A stretch of DNA of 64,000 bases from a virus (taxonomy: Duplodnaviria > Caudoviricetes): positions 862 through 64,861 of IMG/VR virus record IMGVR_UViG_3300021378_001388; one strand, written 5' to 3'. Every line of letters begins with the position of its first letter. Position 1 is the stretch's first letter. This document shows positions 18,752-28,598 of this stretch, piece after piece. Below the pieces are notes generated by a model. It was given only the letters and a program-made list of their open reading frames with translations, had not been told where the DNA came from and did not search any database. The position numbers and the translations under genes are program-made.

Positions 18752-19012
18752 TTAAACAGGCGTAGGTGGGTCTAGTTTTTCTCCACCTTCAAAAAGAAAT
18801 TCATTTCTTCGTTCAGCCAAGAACGTTCTAGCCTCTGGATCCATCATATTTAATTGATTTTCGTTGATAAACATCGTCTGCATTTCAAGCCATTCATTCC
18901 AGGCTTGTGCTGATATTTCTTTTAAGATTTTTTCACCTGCTTCACCAGGAAAAGGTGCAGATGTTAAAGTAGGCAATTCTTTGCCATATTTTGCACACAT
19001 AACTGTACTCAT
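18752..19012 (-). CDS. yggX: Fe(II)-trafficking / oxidative damage protection protein
   Basis: VMCAKYG, PFPGEAG, AWNEWLEMQTMFINE and FLF. Confidence 0.9.
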   Translation of the reverse strand: MSTVMCAKYGKELPTLTSAPFPGEAGEKILKEISAQAWNEWLEMQTMFINENQLNMMDPEARTFLAERRNEFLFEGGEKLDPPTPV

Positions 19013-19039
19013 TGGTTGTTCTCCATAATAGTTTAATTA

Positions 19040-19068
19040 ATTATAACATATTTTGAACCAATATGCAA
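19040..19068 (-). promoter_or_regulatory. sigma70-like promoter
   Basis: TTGCAT-17-TATAAT with TGn. Confidence 0.6.
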
Positions 19069-19076
19069 GAGTTAAT

Positions 19077-20603
19077 TTATATAAGTATTCCAGTCCCAAC
19101 TTTAGAATTAGAGTGTTGTTGGCATTCAAATAAATCTAGTAATGCGTCATCGTGCATTGTATATAGTTTTACTTTATAACCCCAAAGTTTCTGTACATGA
19201 AATAATACTTGGTCTGCTGTTTTCTTGTTTAATCTCTTTCCTTTATAACTTTCGTGTAAAAGAGTTAAATCACGTGAATGCATAATATCTGCACTTGTTA
19301 CTTGAATATCAGGTACCATTGCCGCCGTTTCATAACTAGAACTTAGATTCTTACGAATCTTTTTGTATCCACGGTCATTGTGTATTGAAGTAACTCTATA
19401 ATCATCATAATGGTTTTCATCGTGTAGATTAAACATTCCTTGGTCACGAATAACTTTTGGTCCTAGAAACTGTAGAATTGCACTTTCATCTCTATAGTTT
19501 GCAACTATATCTTTAATCGTAATACGCCAATCCGTATCTGCCAGGTGCGGAAACCAGTGTTTATCTTCATCATCTGGTTCTGTACATACTCTTTGGATAT
19601 CTTTCAATATAGCGAAGCCTAGTGCGTATGGATTGAATCCACTATAGTTAGGTGAATCAAAAGATGGTTGATATAGGACAGAACTATGTAATTTAAAGAA
19701 TTCAATCATTGAGCCGTCATCAACTTTACCCTGGTCATATAACTTATTAAATATGTAATGATGTGTAAAACTTGCAAAGCCTTCATTCATCACTTTTGTT
19801 TGATATTGGGGATAAAAATATTGTGCAATTCTTCTGACGATTCTACATATCTCACGTTGCCAAGGAGACAATATAGGAGAATGCTTTTCTATGAAGTATA
19901 ACAAATTTTCTTCTGGCTCAGAAGGCCAAGTTTCGTCTTCTTTTTTTGCTTTTTTCTTTTCTTCTGGTAATGTACGCCATAAGTCATTTACTTGTGACTG
20001 TAAGTATTCACTTCTTGTGCGTTGTTGTTCTGCTTCTTCACGTGCTGATATCTTGTTAGGTCGTTTATACTTATTGATACTTTGATATTGAATGGCATGA
20101 CACGCATCTAATGTTTCTTCGACAATATCAGTTCCATACTTTTCTTCACATTCTCTTATGTATCGTTTTGCAAACAGTAGATAATCTACAATAGCATCCG
20201 GTGATGTCCATTGCTTAAACAAATAGTTATTCTTAAAATAATGATTATGTCCAAAAGCGGCGTGAGCAATGACAAGCGCCTGTGTGGTCATTGAGTTTTC
20301 TTCCATAAGATAGTTGATACAAGGATTAGAGTTAATAACCAACTCATATGCTAATCCCATCTGTCCTGCACTATACTGTTTTTGATTTGAAATGAAACTT
20401 TTACCAAAACTCCAGTGATTGTACATTAATGGCATGCCAACACTTGAGTATGCATCTAACATTTGCTCTACTGTAATGATTTCAATCTGATTAGGAAAAC
20501 AATCAAGGCCCATATCGTTAACTGCAATTTCTTCACACGCATCCATCATACGATACAATTTATCTGAATCCCAACTAGAACCGGTGTATATCAAATTACT
20601 CAT
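19077..20603 (-). CDS. SpoVR family protein (YcgB-like)
   Basis: GMPLMYNHWSFGK, AYELVINSNPC, AHAAFGHNHYFKNN and TKVMNEGFAS. Confidence 0.93.
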   Translation of the reverse strand: MSNLIYTGSSWDSDKLYRMMDACEEIAVNDMGLDCFPNQIEIITVEQMLDAYSSVGMPLMYNHWSFGKSFISNQKQYSAGQMGLAYELVINSNPCINYLMEENSMTTQALVIAHAAFGHNHYFKNNYLFKQWTSPDAIVDYLLFAKRYIRECEEKYGTDIVEETLDACHAIQYQSINKYKRPNKISAREEAEQQRTRSEYLQSQVNDLWRTLPEEKKKAKKEDETWPSEPEENLLYFIEKHSPILSPWQREICRIVRRIAQYFYPQYQTKVMNEGFASFTHHYIFNKLYDQGKVDDGSMIEFFKLHSSVLYQPSFDSPNYSGFNPYALGFAILKDIQRVCTEPDDEDKHWFPHLADTDWRITIKDIVANYRDESAILQFLGPKVIRDQGMFNLHDENHYDDYRVTSIHNDRGYKKIRKNLSSSYETAAMVPDIQVTSADIMHSRDLTLLHESYKGKRLNKKTADQVLFHVQKLWGYKVKLYTMHDDALLDLFECQQHSNSKVGTGILI

Positions 20604-21877
20604 TTTTTGCCTTGGCTTTTAAATATTTCTCTAAACACAGGATATATATCGAGTGTATCTTCAATATGTTTTGTTATAATGTTTTTATGGTTACCTTCTA
20701 ATGATACATACTCCTGTAATAAGTTTCCAGTATTGTAGTACCCGTGTCTTTTTTGTCCTACTTGAATATAACTAAAATATTGAGTTATTGGTAAAATATC
20801 TTTATCGATAACATTTAGAAGGTCTTCGTTGTCGTGTTCGAAATTGTCTCCATCACTTGCTTGTGCAAAATATATGTTCCATTCATTCGGAGAATATCGG
20901 TCATCTATAACTTTCTTTGCAAGTTTAAATGCACTTGACACCATTGTACCACCATTTTCTTTATTATTAAAGAAGTCTTCTTCAGAACACTCTGTTGCTA
21001 AAATATGATGTCTAATGAATACACATTCTACTCTTTTATACTTACGAGATACAAACAAGTTAAGTAGCATAAAAAAGCGTTTTGCTAAATCTTTATGCTG
21101 TTCAGTCATACTTGCACTTACATCCATTACAAAGAATACAACTGCTTGTGATATTGGTGCTGGTTTCTTACTAAAATTGTTATATCGTAAATCTACTGGG
21201 TCTACAAACGAGACTGCATTTGCTCTAATACGCAGTCTGCTAATTTCTTCTTCAATCTCAACTCTACGCTCTTTGTCTTTACAGGTTTCTAACTCTGCTT
21301 CTAACTCTTTAATCTTTTTTAGTTTTGGACCTTTTAGAGCAATCTTACGACCAATAGAATTGACCATACTTTTCTCTAAGTTCATTTGTGCTGGATTGCC
21401 ATCATTAGTATAACCACTGCGAGTAAGTTCAAATCTTTCGACTGCTTTATTTTCTTTAGAAATCATATGAGGAAGTTCTAGGTCTTCGAACAGGATATTA
21501 ACAAATTCATCATTGCTCAATGCAAAGCCAAATTCATCTTCTCCTATACCCTCATTACTTGCTTCACTTTCGCCACCACCTCCACCTTGACCACTTGGTG
21601 GTTTCTGTAACAAATCTCCCTCAACAAAATCTTTGTTGCCTGGGAGAACTATATCACGTGAGCCTGATTGAGGATTATGTCCGAATTGTGGTTCATCGAT
21701 ACCCTTTCGAGTGATAACCACATCTTGTGATTCGCCAGAACCTTTAATTGTTCTGCCGCCTAATGATTCGTGTATACTTCTACGTATCTCTTGCTTAGTA
21801 CGTTTAATAAATTTTTGTCTATTGTTAGAAGACTTTGAACCTGGATTCTTTCTTCTGTCAATTATTGTATTTGCCAT
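20600..21877 (-). CDS. YeaH/YhbH (DUF444, vWA-like) protein
   Basis: IIDRR, MDVSASM (MIDAS-like), GGTMVSSA and WNIYFAQASDGDN. Confidence 0.93.
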   Translation of the reverse strand: MANTIIDRRKNPGSKSSNNRQKFIKRTKQEIRRSIHESLGGRTIKGSGESQDVVITRKGIDEPQFGHNPQSGSRDIVLPGNKDFVEGDLLQKPPSGQGGGGGESEASNEGIGEDEFGFALSNDEFVNILFEDLELPHMISKENKAVERFELTRSGYTNDGNPAQMNLEKSMVNSIGRKIALKGPKLKKIKELEAELETCKDKERRVEIEEEISRLRIRANAVSFVDPVDLRYNNFSKKPAPISQAVVFFVMDVSASMTEQHKDLAKRFFMLLNLFVSRKYKRVECVFIRHHILATECSEEDFFNNKENGGTMVSSAFKLAKKVIDDRYSPNEWNIYFAQASDGDNFEHDNEDLLNVIDKDILPITQYFSYIQVGQKRHGYYNTGNLLQEYVSLEGNHKNIITKHIEDTLDIYPVFREIFKSQGKK

Positions 21878-21888
21878 TAAGTCTTCCC

Positions 21889-23823
21889 CTAGTTAGACTT
21901 CTGTACCCGCATATACCATTCTACTAATCGTTTAACTTGACGGGCTGTATAACCCTTTTCTGTCATTCTATCTATGAAGTCATCGTGCTTAGATTGGTCT
22001 TCTTTAGTCTTCTTACTACCAAATGAAATAACTGGAAGTAATTCTTCTGTACCAGCGAACATTTTGTGTTCAATAACTTCTTTCATCTTTTCGTAAGCAG
22101 TCCAAGGAGGATTCTTGCCTTCATAGTTACTTCTTGCACGTAGTACCCAGTTTACAACTTCATTTCTGAAATCTTTTGGGTTGGCAATACCTGCAGGTTT
22201 TTCAATTTTTTCTAGTTCTTCATTGAGAACAGAACGGTCAAATAAGTTACCCGTGTCTGCATCTTTATAATCAATGTTCTGAATCCAATGGTCAGCATAA
22301 TCTAAGTATCTGTCAAATAGATTTTGGCCATATTCGTTATAACTTTCTAAGTATGCTTTTTGAATTTCTTTTCCAACTTGTTCTGCATATTTGATACTTA
22401 AATGGTCTTTAATAAAACCTAATAACTGCTCTTCCATTTCTTCTGGAAATTGCTCACGTTTAATTGCAGTTTCTAGTACATACATTAGATGAACTGGGTC
22501 TGCCGCAATTTCTTCTGAGTCAAAGTTAAATGTCTGTGAAAGAATTTTAAATGCGAAACGAGTACTCATTCCATTCATTCCTTCGTCAACGCCTGCTACA
22601 TCTTTATACTCTTGCATACTTTTTGCTTTAGGGTCTACATCATGTAGGTTTTCGCCATCATAAACTCTCATCTTGGCAGCCAAGTTCGAGTTCTTATGCT
22701 CTTTTAACCTTGAAAGGACTGAGAACTGTGACAACAAATCTAAAGTATGAGGCGCACATTTACTACTGTCTAGGCCTGACGAATCTAACATCTTCTTATA
22801 GATAGATGTTTCTTCGGTGGCTCGTAAACAATATGGCACTTTAACAATATATACTCTGTCTAAGAATGCTTCGTTGTTCTTATTGTTTCTGAATGTTTCC
22901 CATTCACTTTCATTTGAGTGTGCAACTACGATACCATTAAATGGAATTGCTGAAATACCTTCAGTTCCCATATAGTTACCTTCTTGTGTTGCAGTAAGTA
23001 GTGGATGCAAGACTTTAATTGGTGCCTTAAACATCTCCACGAATTCCATAATACCTTGATTACCTCGACATAATGCACCAGAGAATGCGTATGAATCTGG
23101 GTCATTTTGTGAGAAGTATTCTAATTTACGAATATCAGTTTTACCAACTAATGCTGAAATGTCCTGATTGTTATCATCACCTGGTTCAGTCTTCATAATA
23201 CCGATTTGCTTCAATTTGGACGGATACATTTTAACAACACTAAATTTTGAAATGTCACCTTCGTATTCATCTAATCTTTTAACTGCCCACGGTGATAATA
23301 GACCTGTAAGATAACGAGATGGAATACCAAATTCTTTTTCTGCATCTGCGCCAAACTCTTTAGGGTCAAATAGCCCTAGTGGCGATTCAAATACTGGCGA
23401 AATCTCATCGCCTGCTTTCAGCACATACATTGGGTGCATTTGCATTAACTCTTTTAAACGTTCTGCTAATGATGATTTACCACCGCCAACTGGTCCTAGA
23501 AGGTATAATACTTGTTTCTTTTCTTCAAGTCCTTGTGCTGACTGTCTGAAGTAAGCAACTAATCTTTCGATTGCTTCTTCCATACCATAAAAATCTTCAA
23601 ATGCTGGATAAACTTTAATTGTACGATTTAAAAAGATACGGCTTAGCCTAGGAGTTGTGCTAGTATCAACTATATTTGGTTCACCAATTGCATCCAATAA
23701 TCTTTCAGCGGCTGATGCATATGCTAACTCGTCTTTCTTACACAATGTAAGATAGTCAGACAATGACATTTCATCGTGTGATTTACTAGCATATGATTTT
23801 TCGAACTTTTTAATTAAACTCAT
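21889..23823 (-). CDS. PrkA/YeaG AAA+ ATPase / serine kinase
   Basis: LLGPVGGGKSSL, EPGDDNNQDIS, EFVEMFK, LHPLLTATQE and NEAFLDR. Confidence 0.95.
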   Translation of the reverse strand: MSLIKKFEKSYASKSHDEMSLSDYLTLCKKDELAYASAAERLLDAIGEPNIVDTSTTPRLSRIFLNRTIKVYPAFEDFYGMEEAIERLVAYFRQSAQGLEEKKQVLYLLGPVGGGKSSLAERLKELMQMHPMYVLKAGDEISPVFESPLGLFDPKEFGADAEKEFGIPSRYLTGLLSPWAVKRLDEYEGDISKFSVVKMYPSKLKQIGIMKTEPGDDNNQDISALVGKTDIRKLEYFSQNDPDSYAFSGALCRGNQGIMEFVEMFKAPIKVLHPLLTATQEGNYMGTEGISAIPFNGIVVAHSNESEWETFRNNKNNEAFLDRVYIVKVPYCLRATEETSIYKKMLDSSGLDSSKCAPHTLDLLSQFSVLSRLKEHKNSNLAAKMRVYDGENLHDVDPKAKSMQEYKDVAGVDEGMNGMSTRFAFKILSQTFNFDSEEIAADPVHLMYVLETAIKREQFPEEMEEQLLGFIKDHLSIKYAEQVGKEIQKAYLESYNEYGQNLFDRYLDYADHWIQNIDYKDADTGNLFDRSVLNEELEKIEKPAGIANPKDFRNEVVNWVLRARSNYEGKNPPWTAYEKMKEVIEHKMFAGTEELLPVISFGSKKTKEDQSKHDDFIDRMTEKGYTARQVKRLVEWYMRVQKSN

Positions 23824-23871
23824 CTTTATCCTCGTTGTTGTTAATTTTGTCTTACTATAGTAGTTATGCTT

Positions 23872-24714
23872 TTAAATCTCTGTCTCTTCTGTAGATGAAT
23901 AAAACATTTTACCCACATTACCGTTAAAAGTATAGTGTCCTACATGGTCTAGTTTCACTAACGGGTCTAGCCATATATCACCGCCAAGTTCTTGCCATCT
24001 ACGACAGAATGCATAATCTTCACTGAGATATCTATTTGTATCTTTTTCGTGCATTGTATCAAAAAATAGATATGTCCACTTGGCAAATTCTTCATCTAAA
24101 TGTAAGTCGTTATTAAAATGCATTTCAGGATATGATTCTATCATTTTTTCAATGACACTTCGTTTGATAATCATAAATCCAGTACCCGCATCTTTAAGTT
24201 TGACCAAGCCACCTTGGATATCTAATCTGCGAGTTTTTGTTTCTTCATTGTAGTCCCATAAAGGATTAATTGCATAATTTGCCGCACAATCTTTTATGGC
24301 TCCCTCGTCTAATCCTCTTTCAATTGCATCTTTAATAGATGACCAATCTAATTCTTTTTTAGGATATGCTCCTACAATAACATCTTTATCGTGTTGCAAC
24401 ATATGTAGTATGTCTATTGCATCGAAATTTATGTCTGCATCAATAAACATCATATGAGTTGCTTCTGGATTAGACATAAAGTATGCTACCATATGACATC
24501 TTGCACGAGATATCAAACTTTCGTTTGCTGATGTTGTCAAAGAATACGGAATATCATACTTAGTAAACATCATGTGGCCTTTAGTCCAAGACCTAAAATA
24601 TGGTTCTGAAATTTGTCCCGCATAACAAGGTGTACAATAATGTACGTGGGTTTTCTTAATAAAATCTAAGTCAATATCTTTTCTATATTCTGCCAACTTA
24701 TCTACTATTGCCAT
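23872..24714 (-). CDS. GT-A fold glycosyltransferase-like protein
   Basis: TPCY, ESLISRAR, FIDAD (DxD), GTGFM and SEDYAFC. Confidence 0.7.
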   Translation of the reverse strand: MAIVDKLAEYRKDIDLDFIKKTHVHYCTPCYAGQISEPYFRSWTKGHMMFTKYDIPYSLTTSANESLISRARCHMVAYFMSNPEATHMMFIDADINFDAIDILHMLQHDKDVIVGAYPKKELDWSSIKDAIERGLDEGAIKDCAANYAINPLWDYNEETKTRRLDIQGGLVKLKDAGTGFMIIKRSVIEKMIESYPEMHFNNDLHLDEEFAKWTYLFFDTMHEKDTNRYLSEDYAFCRRWQELGGDIWLDPLVKLDHVGHYTFNGNVGKMFYSSTEETEI

Positions 24715-24721
24715 GTTTTAC

Positions 24722-25435
24722 CTATTTTTCCTGTTGGTTGATTGCCGTCTTGTTTCGTCTCTCATTTTCTATCCATTTTTTCGCATAAGGATTTGAAGGT
24801 GGTCGTGAAAGAAATGCTGTAACATTTTTTTGAACTTTTTCAAAGTTTTTCTTTCTTTCTGGGTCTTCTAATCCGCCGTTATTATCAACGATTTGAAACT
24901 TTCCTTTACCAAACAACTGCTGAAACTTCATCATATTGTTTTGTACATCATTCCACATCCTTGAAACTTCTTCTGGCTTTAGAGTTCTTTCTCTATTCAC
25001 GTTTCTTTCTTGTGCAATCTCTAAACTTGTATTCACAAAGACCATCATACATGAGTAGCCCATTTTGACTAGTTTTTCTTTTGCAGTTGCTATCTTATTA
25101 ATATCTCTACCTGTTCCGTCAATGATAATACCCAATCTGCCATCTAAGTACATTTGCTCTCTTTTAGCAGTTACTTCTTTTGCTCTACCTCGTATTTCTT
25201 GCCCTTGGTCAGAATAGATAACATCTGGGTCACCGTAATCTAATCCTGCTTTTTTCATCTTGTATTCGTAGACATCATCTGAATTGATAGGTCTTAGACC
25301 GCCACCTTTTAGAATTGGAGAATCTGCGATACGACTTTTGCCACTTCCTGGGCCACCAGCCATAAACACTGCTTTAAAGATATGAGGGTCATCTACTCCC
25401 TCTTCTACACTACTAATTATTTCATTTACTCGCAC
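24722..25435 (-). CDS. Zeta-toxin-like P-loop kinase
   Basis: AVFMAGGPGSGKS, INSD, IIIDGTG and RNVNRER lid. Confidence 0.7.
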   Translation of the reverse strand: MRVNEIISSVEEGVDDPHIFKAVFMAGGPGSGKSRIADSPILKGGGLRPINSDDVYEYKMKKAGLDYGDPDVIYSDQGQEIRGRAKEVTAKREQMYLDGRLGIIIDGTGRDINKIATAKEKLVKMGYSCMMVFVNTSLEIAQERNVNRERTLKPEEVSRMWNDVQNNMMKFQQLFGKGKFQIVDNNGGLEDPERKKNFEKVQKNVTAFLSRPPSNPYAKKWIENERRNKTAINQQEK

Positions 25436-25509
25436 AACAGTACTCCCATTAAAATATGACTATAATTTATAGTATTTATCTGGATTTGTTGTTGATTTGG
25501 CATATATGT

Positions 25510-25538
25510 AGTATAACAGTTTGCCAGGCAATTGTCAA
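25510..25538 (-). promoter_or_regulatory. sigma70-like promoter 6 nt before an ATG (25503) that opens a 25-codon ORF
   Basis: TTGACA-17-TATACT with TGn. Confidence 0.6.
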
Positions 25539-25551
25539 TACTATATTATGA

Positions 25552-27432
25552 TTACTTAGGAAATACTTTGTCTTTTACACTTGACCAATAAGATTTGATT
25601 TCTTTTAGATTTTTTGTTGCTAAATTATATTTACGTGTTGCGGTAGGATTACCTGATGTTTTCCAACTGTTACTAAGTTTATCTTCAAGTGCCTGGTCAA
25701 TTTTACCATCATCCGTAGAGTATTCAAAGTTATTTTTGTAATTCGTGTCTAATAGAGTCGTGACCGTTCTTCTGTCAGTACTTAACTTTTCAAGGAATTC
25801 TTTTAATCCAAGTTCAATATCTTTTTTATTCTGAAAACTACCAGTTTTAAGTAAGTTACGAATGTCACTAGATAAAGTGCCAACTGATTGAATGTATTCT
25901 TTCTGTTTAGGTGTCCAATAAGATTTTGCTTCATTGTATATCTTCGCTGTCTCTGGTTTCCACTGAATATACTTATTACCATCTGCTAAATTTTCGACTA
26001 TTATATTCTCTGCAGGAATATATTTTGTATCACCTGCAAGAACTCCACCGTCAATAACCTCTTGTGCTTTATCAACTTGGGCTCTCAGTTTTGCTCTCTT
26101 CTTATCAATAATCTTAGACCCTTTATTAGTCAAGTAATGCTCATAATCCCGTGAGTTATATGACCAATATATTTTTGTATGTAGGTTTCTAGTTTTCTTT
26201 CCATCTTCAACATCAGAATTTTCAATAGTTGTACCATCCTGTTTAATGACTTCATCTTTTCTGTAGTCTTTAGGGTCTTCGTCATCAGTGAATGGCGTTT
26301 GACTGACTCCAGGATTAAGTTCTGCTTGATTACGTGCAATTTGAAGCATTCTTTTGACCTCATCTTCGTCTGCTCTCGTATCAGTAGTAACTCCTACAAT
26401 ATCAGGATGTCGTGTGCCTAATGGCGCATTTAGGTCTTCGACTGCTTCTTTCATCGCTGGAGAACCAGTGTTTTCTAATACTTTCTTCTTACAAGGGTCA
26501 ACCGCCGCACTGCCAAGAACTAATGCTAATGCTTTTCTTAGTAATTCGGCAGCCATATCGGCTAATGCATTAATTTCGTTTGCAATTTGAGTCGTTACAT
26601 CTGCTATTGCGTTTATTACTTTTGCTACTAACCCGATAATAGCACCTAAGGCTTTAATTCCAACGCCCACAATTGCACTAATTACATCTGCAACAACACT
26701 ACCTGCTCCTACAATAGCGGCCATAATACTTTGTATTAAAGATGTTATGCCAGAATCATTTAGTAAAGAAGTTATATCGCCAATTGCACCGTCAATAAAG
26801 TCCAGAGTGCCGTCAAATATACCAGCCAGAATTCCCATCAACTGATTAAAAGACGAACAAGGGTCTCCTTGTTCTCCAAATTGTTCATTCATTGATGCCA
26901 GTGCGTCTGCGTCTTGCATTGTCTGTGGAATATTTGCTGTTTGAGTATTCGTATGATTAGTCAAAGAATTATACATTCCAAGACCTAATGCAGTCAATCC
27001 TGCAATCTTTAGAAATTTTTCTAAATCTATATCAGTTTGAGATAGTACTCCTGCAAATATTAATGCTTTATCGGCATCACTAAATCCAGAAAATGCGTTA
27101 GTTAAACCTGCTATGCCATTAGTAGTACTAGTTACGCCTGATGATGAGCCTAGTGCAGAAAGTAAAGCACTTCCATATGAACCTCTTGCTAGGTATGGAT
27201 TACTAAAATTATTCGCATCCATCTCATTTGCTATTGAATTCAATGCTTTTTGTCTGTTAAACTGATGCTGTCTTGCCTCTAATTCTGCCATTTCAAGTGG
27301 TGTCAATTGAGATGTGTTAAAAGCCTCAGAGTATTGTTTAGGAGTTAAATTTGTACCTGAGAACGTTAAGTTGCCACCGCCATTCGCTACAAATAATTGA
27401 TATAGTCTTTCGATTTCCGCTTCACTAGCCAT
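25552..27432 (-). CDS. Hypothetical, probably virion-associated protein with a long hydrophobic/amphipathic helical region
   Basis: Starts 1 nt after the PAAR-lysozyme stop; A/I/V/G-rich segment at about aa 195-310. Confidence 0.6.
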   Translation of the reverse strand: MASEAEIERLYQLFVANGGGNLTFSGTNLTPKQYSEAFNTSQLTPLEMAELEARQHQFNRQKALNSIANEMDANNFSNPYLARGSYGSALLSALGSSSGVTSTTNGIAGLTNAFSGFSDADKALIFAGVLSQTDIDLEKFLKIAGLTALGLGMYNSLTNHTNTQTANIPQTMQDADALASMNEQFGEQGDPCSSFNQLMGILAGIFDGTLDFIDGAIGDITSLLNDSGITSLIQSIMAAIVGAGSVVADVISAIVGVGIKALGAIIGLVAKVINAIADVTTQIANEINALADMAAELLRKALALVLGSAAVDPCKKKVLENTGSPAMKEAVEDLNAPLGTRHPDIVGVTTDTRADEDEVKRMLQIARNQAELNPGVSQTPFTDDEDPKDYRKDEVIKQDGTTIENSDVEDGKKTRNLHTKIYWSYNSRDYEHYLTNKGSKIIDKKRAKLRAQVDKAQEVIDGGVLAGDTKYIPAENIIVENLADGNKYIQWKPETAKIYNEAKSYWTPKQKEYIQSVGTLSSDIRNLLKTGSFQNKKDIELGLKEFLEKLSTDRRTVTTLLDTNYKNNFEYSTDDGKIDQALEDKLSNSWKTSGNPTATRKYNLATKNLKEIKSYWSSVKDKVFPK

Positions 27433-27433
27433 T

Positions 27434-28231
27434 TTAATTCATTCCCCTTTTAAACCAATTACTCTCTTCTATTCTTCGTGTAGTAAGTCCAGGAACTGTG
27501 ACTTTTACACCATTTTTTGTTTCTTTATTATATTCTAATATCTTAGCCGCAATTTGTGTATCTGTGCGAGTTCCATTATCAGTTACTTGACTTAGTGAAC
27601 CTGTACCTAAATTAAATACAAAACTAGTAAGAGCATTAATTTGGTCAGGAGACCAATTGCGATTATTATTAGCAGAATAGTTAGCAACAAAATTTCTACG
27701 TTGTGTTAGGTCTTCATTTAGTCTACGTAGTGCTTCTTCTTCTGTTATACTTTCTGTAGGACTTAATGCTTCTGTTCCATAACCATTAGTATATTGTTTA
27801 TTGTCCCAGAATGCATCCGCAGTAAAGTTTTCTTTAGACTTTATGTAATCAGTTAAATCATTCGGAACAGATGAATACGCCTGTGTGGGTGGATGGTGAT
27901 TTTCTCTCGGAGTTACGCTTCCTGTTCCACCACCATTAATACTTACTTTAGATGACCCAGATAAAACTATTATACCACAAGAATGAGTGTCACCAACTCT
28001 GCCTGCTGGCTGACCGTTTATGAAAACATTATGAGAGCCGTTTACTAGTGGCGTAACGTGAGGAACACAACCTACTCTTGGTTTTGGAACACCGTGTGGC
28101 TCTGTTTTATCACCGACACGATATGCCTGTAAATTTTCAATAAGAACATTAGAACTTCCAGGTCCACATTTTCCTGGAGAACAGGGTGAATGAGGTGATA
28201 TTGGGTCAGTTGTTCTCGCGGCTTGTGGCAT
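27434..28231 (-). CDS. PAAR (T4 gp5.4-like) spike-tip domain fused to a GH24-type lysozyme
   Basis: QAAR, QAYR and PAGR repeats with His/Cys; C-terminal ENFTADAFWD..QYTNGYG, ALTSFVFNLG and GLTTRRIEE. Confidence 0.85.
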   Translation of the reverse strand: MPQAARTTDPISPHSPCSPGKCGPGSSNVLIENLQAYRVGDKTEPHGVPKPRVGCVPHVTPLVNGSHNVFINGQPAGRVGDTHSCGIIVLSGSSKVSINGGGTGSVTPRENHHPPTQAYSSVPNDLTDYIKSKENFTADAFWDNKQYTNGYGTEALSPTESITEEEALRRLNEDLTQRRNFVANYSANNNRNWSPDQINALTSFVFNLGTGSLSQVTDNGTRTDTQIAAKILEYNKETKNGVKVTVPGLTTRRIEESNWFKRGMN

Positions 28232-28542
28232 TATGTTATCAAGCCTCCTTTATCTGGAGTTATAATTGTTGATGTTGCTTGAATATATGAATCTGCTGTA
28301 TCTTTTCTAGTCTTTAAAACTGAAATGATTTTATCAGACCTAAAATGTACATTATTCTCACTATCACCTGTTACAGTGAAAGTTTGAAACGCCGCACCTT
28401 TTGGTCCCATAGCAATCGTCAATGGCTTTGTAATAACTACATTAGAATCATCTTCAGCATCAAATTTTCCTAAGATTTCTTGACCTGTTTGTAAGTATAA
28501 TGTTACTATATCACCTTTTTCATATTTCTTTTCTTTTAGCAT
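28231..28542 (-). CDS. Hypothetical protein, Sm-like beta fold
   Basis: IVTLYLQTGQEILGK...ITKP pattern. Confidence 0.55.
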   Translation of the reverse strand: MLKEKKYEKGDIVTLYLQTGQEILGKFDAEDDSNVVITKPLTIAMGPKGAAFQTFTVTGDSENNVHFRSDKIISVLKTRKDTADSYIQATSTIITPDKGGLIT

Positions 28543-28598
28543 TTTTATTTACCTGTTGTTGTTATATGTATTTATTTATGCACAAACTACGCACTTAA

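Noticed and set aside
1-24714. Interpretation as bacterial chromosome because of the many housekeeping genes
   Set aside because: Gene order is not bacterial (clpX without adjacent clpP/tig, infC without rpmI/rplT), the strand is uniform, T4-late-like boxes are interspersed, and the style is continuous with the phage core.
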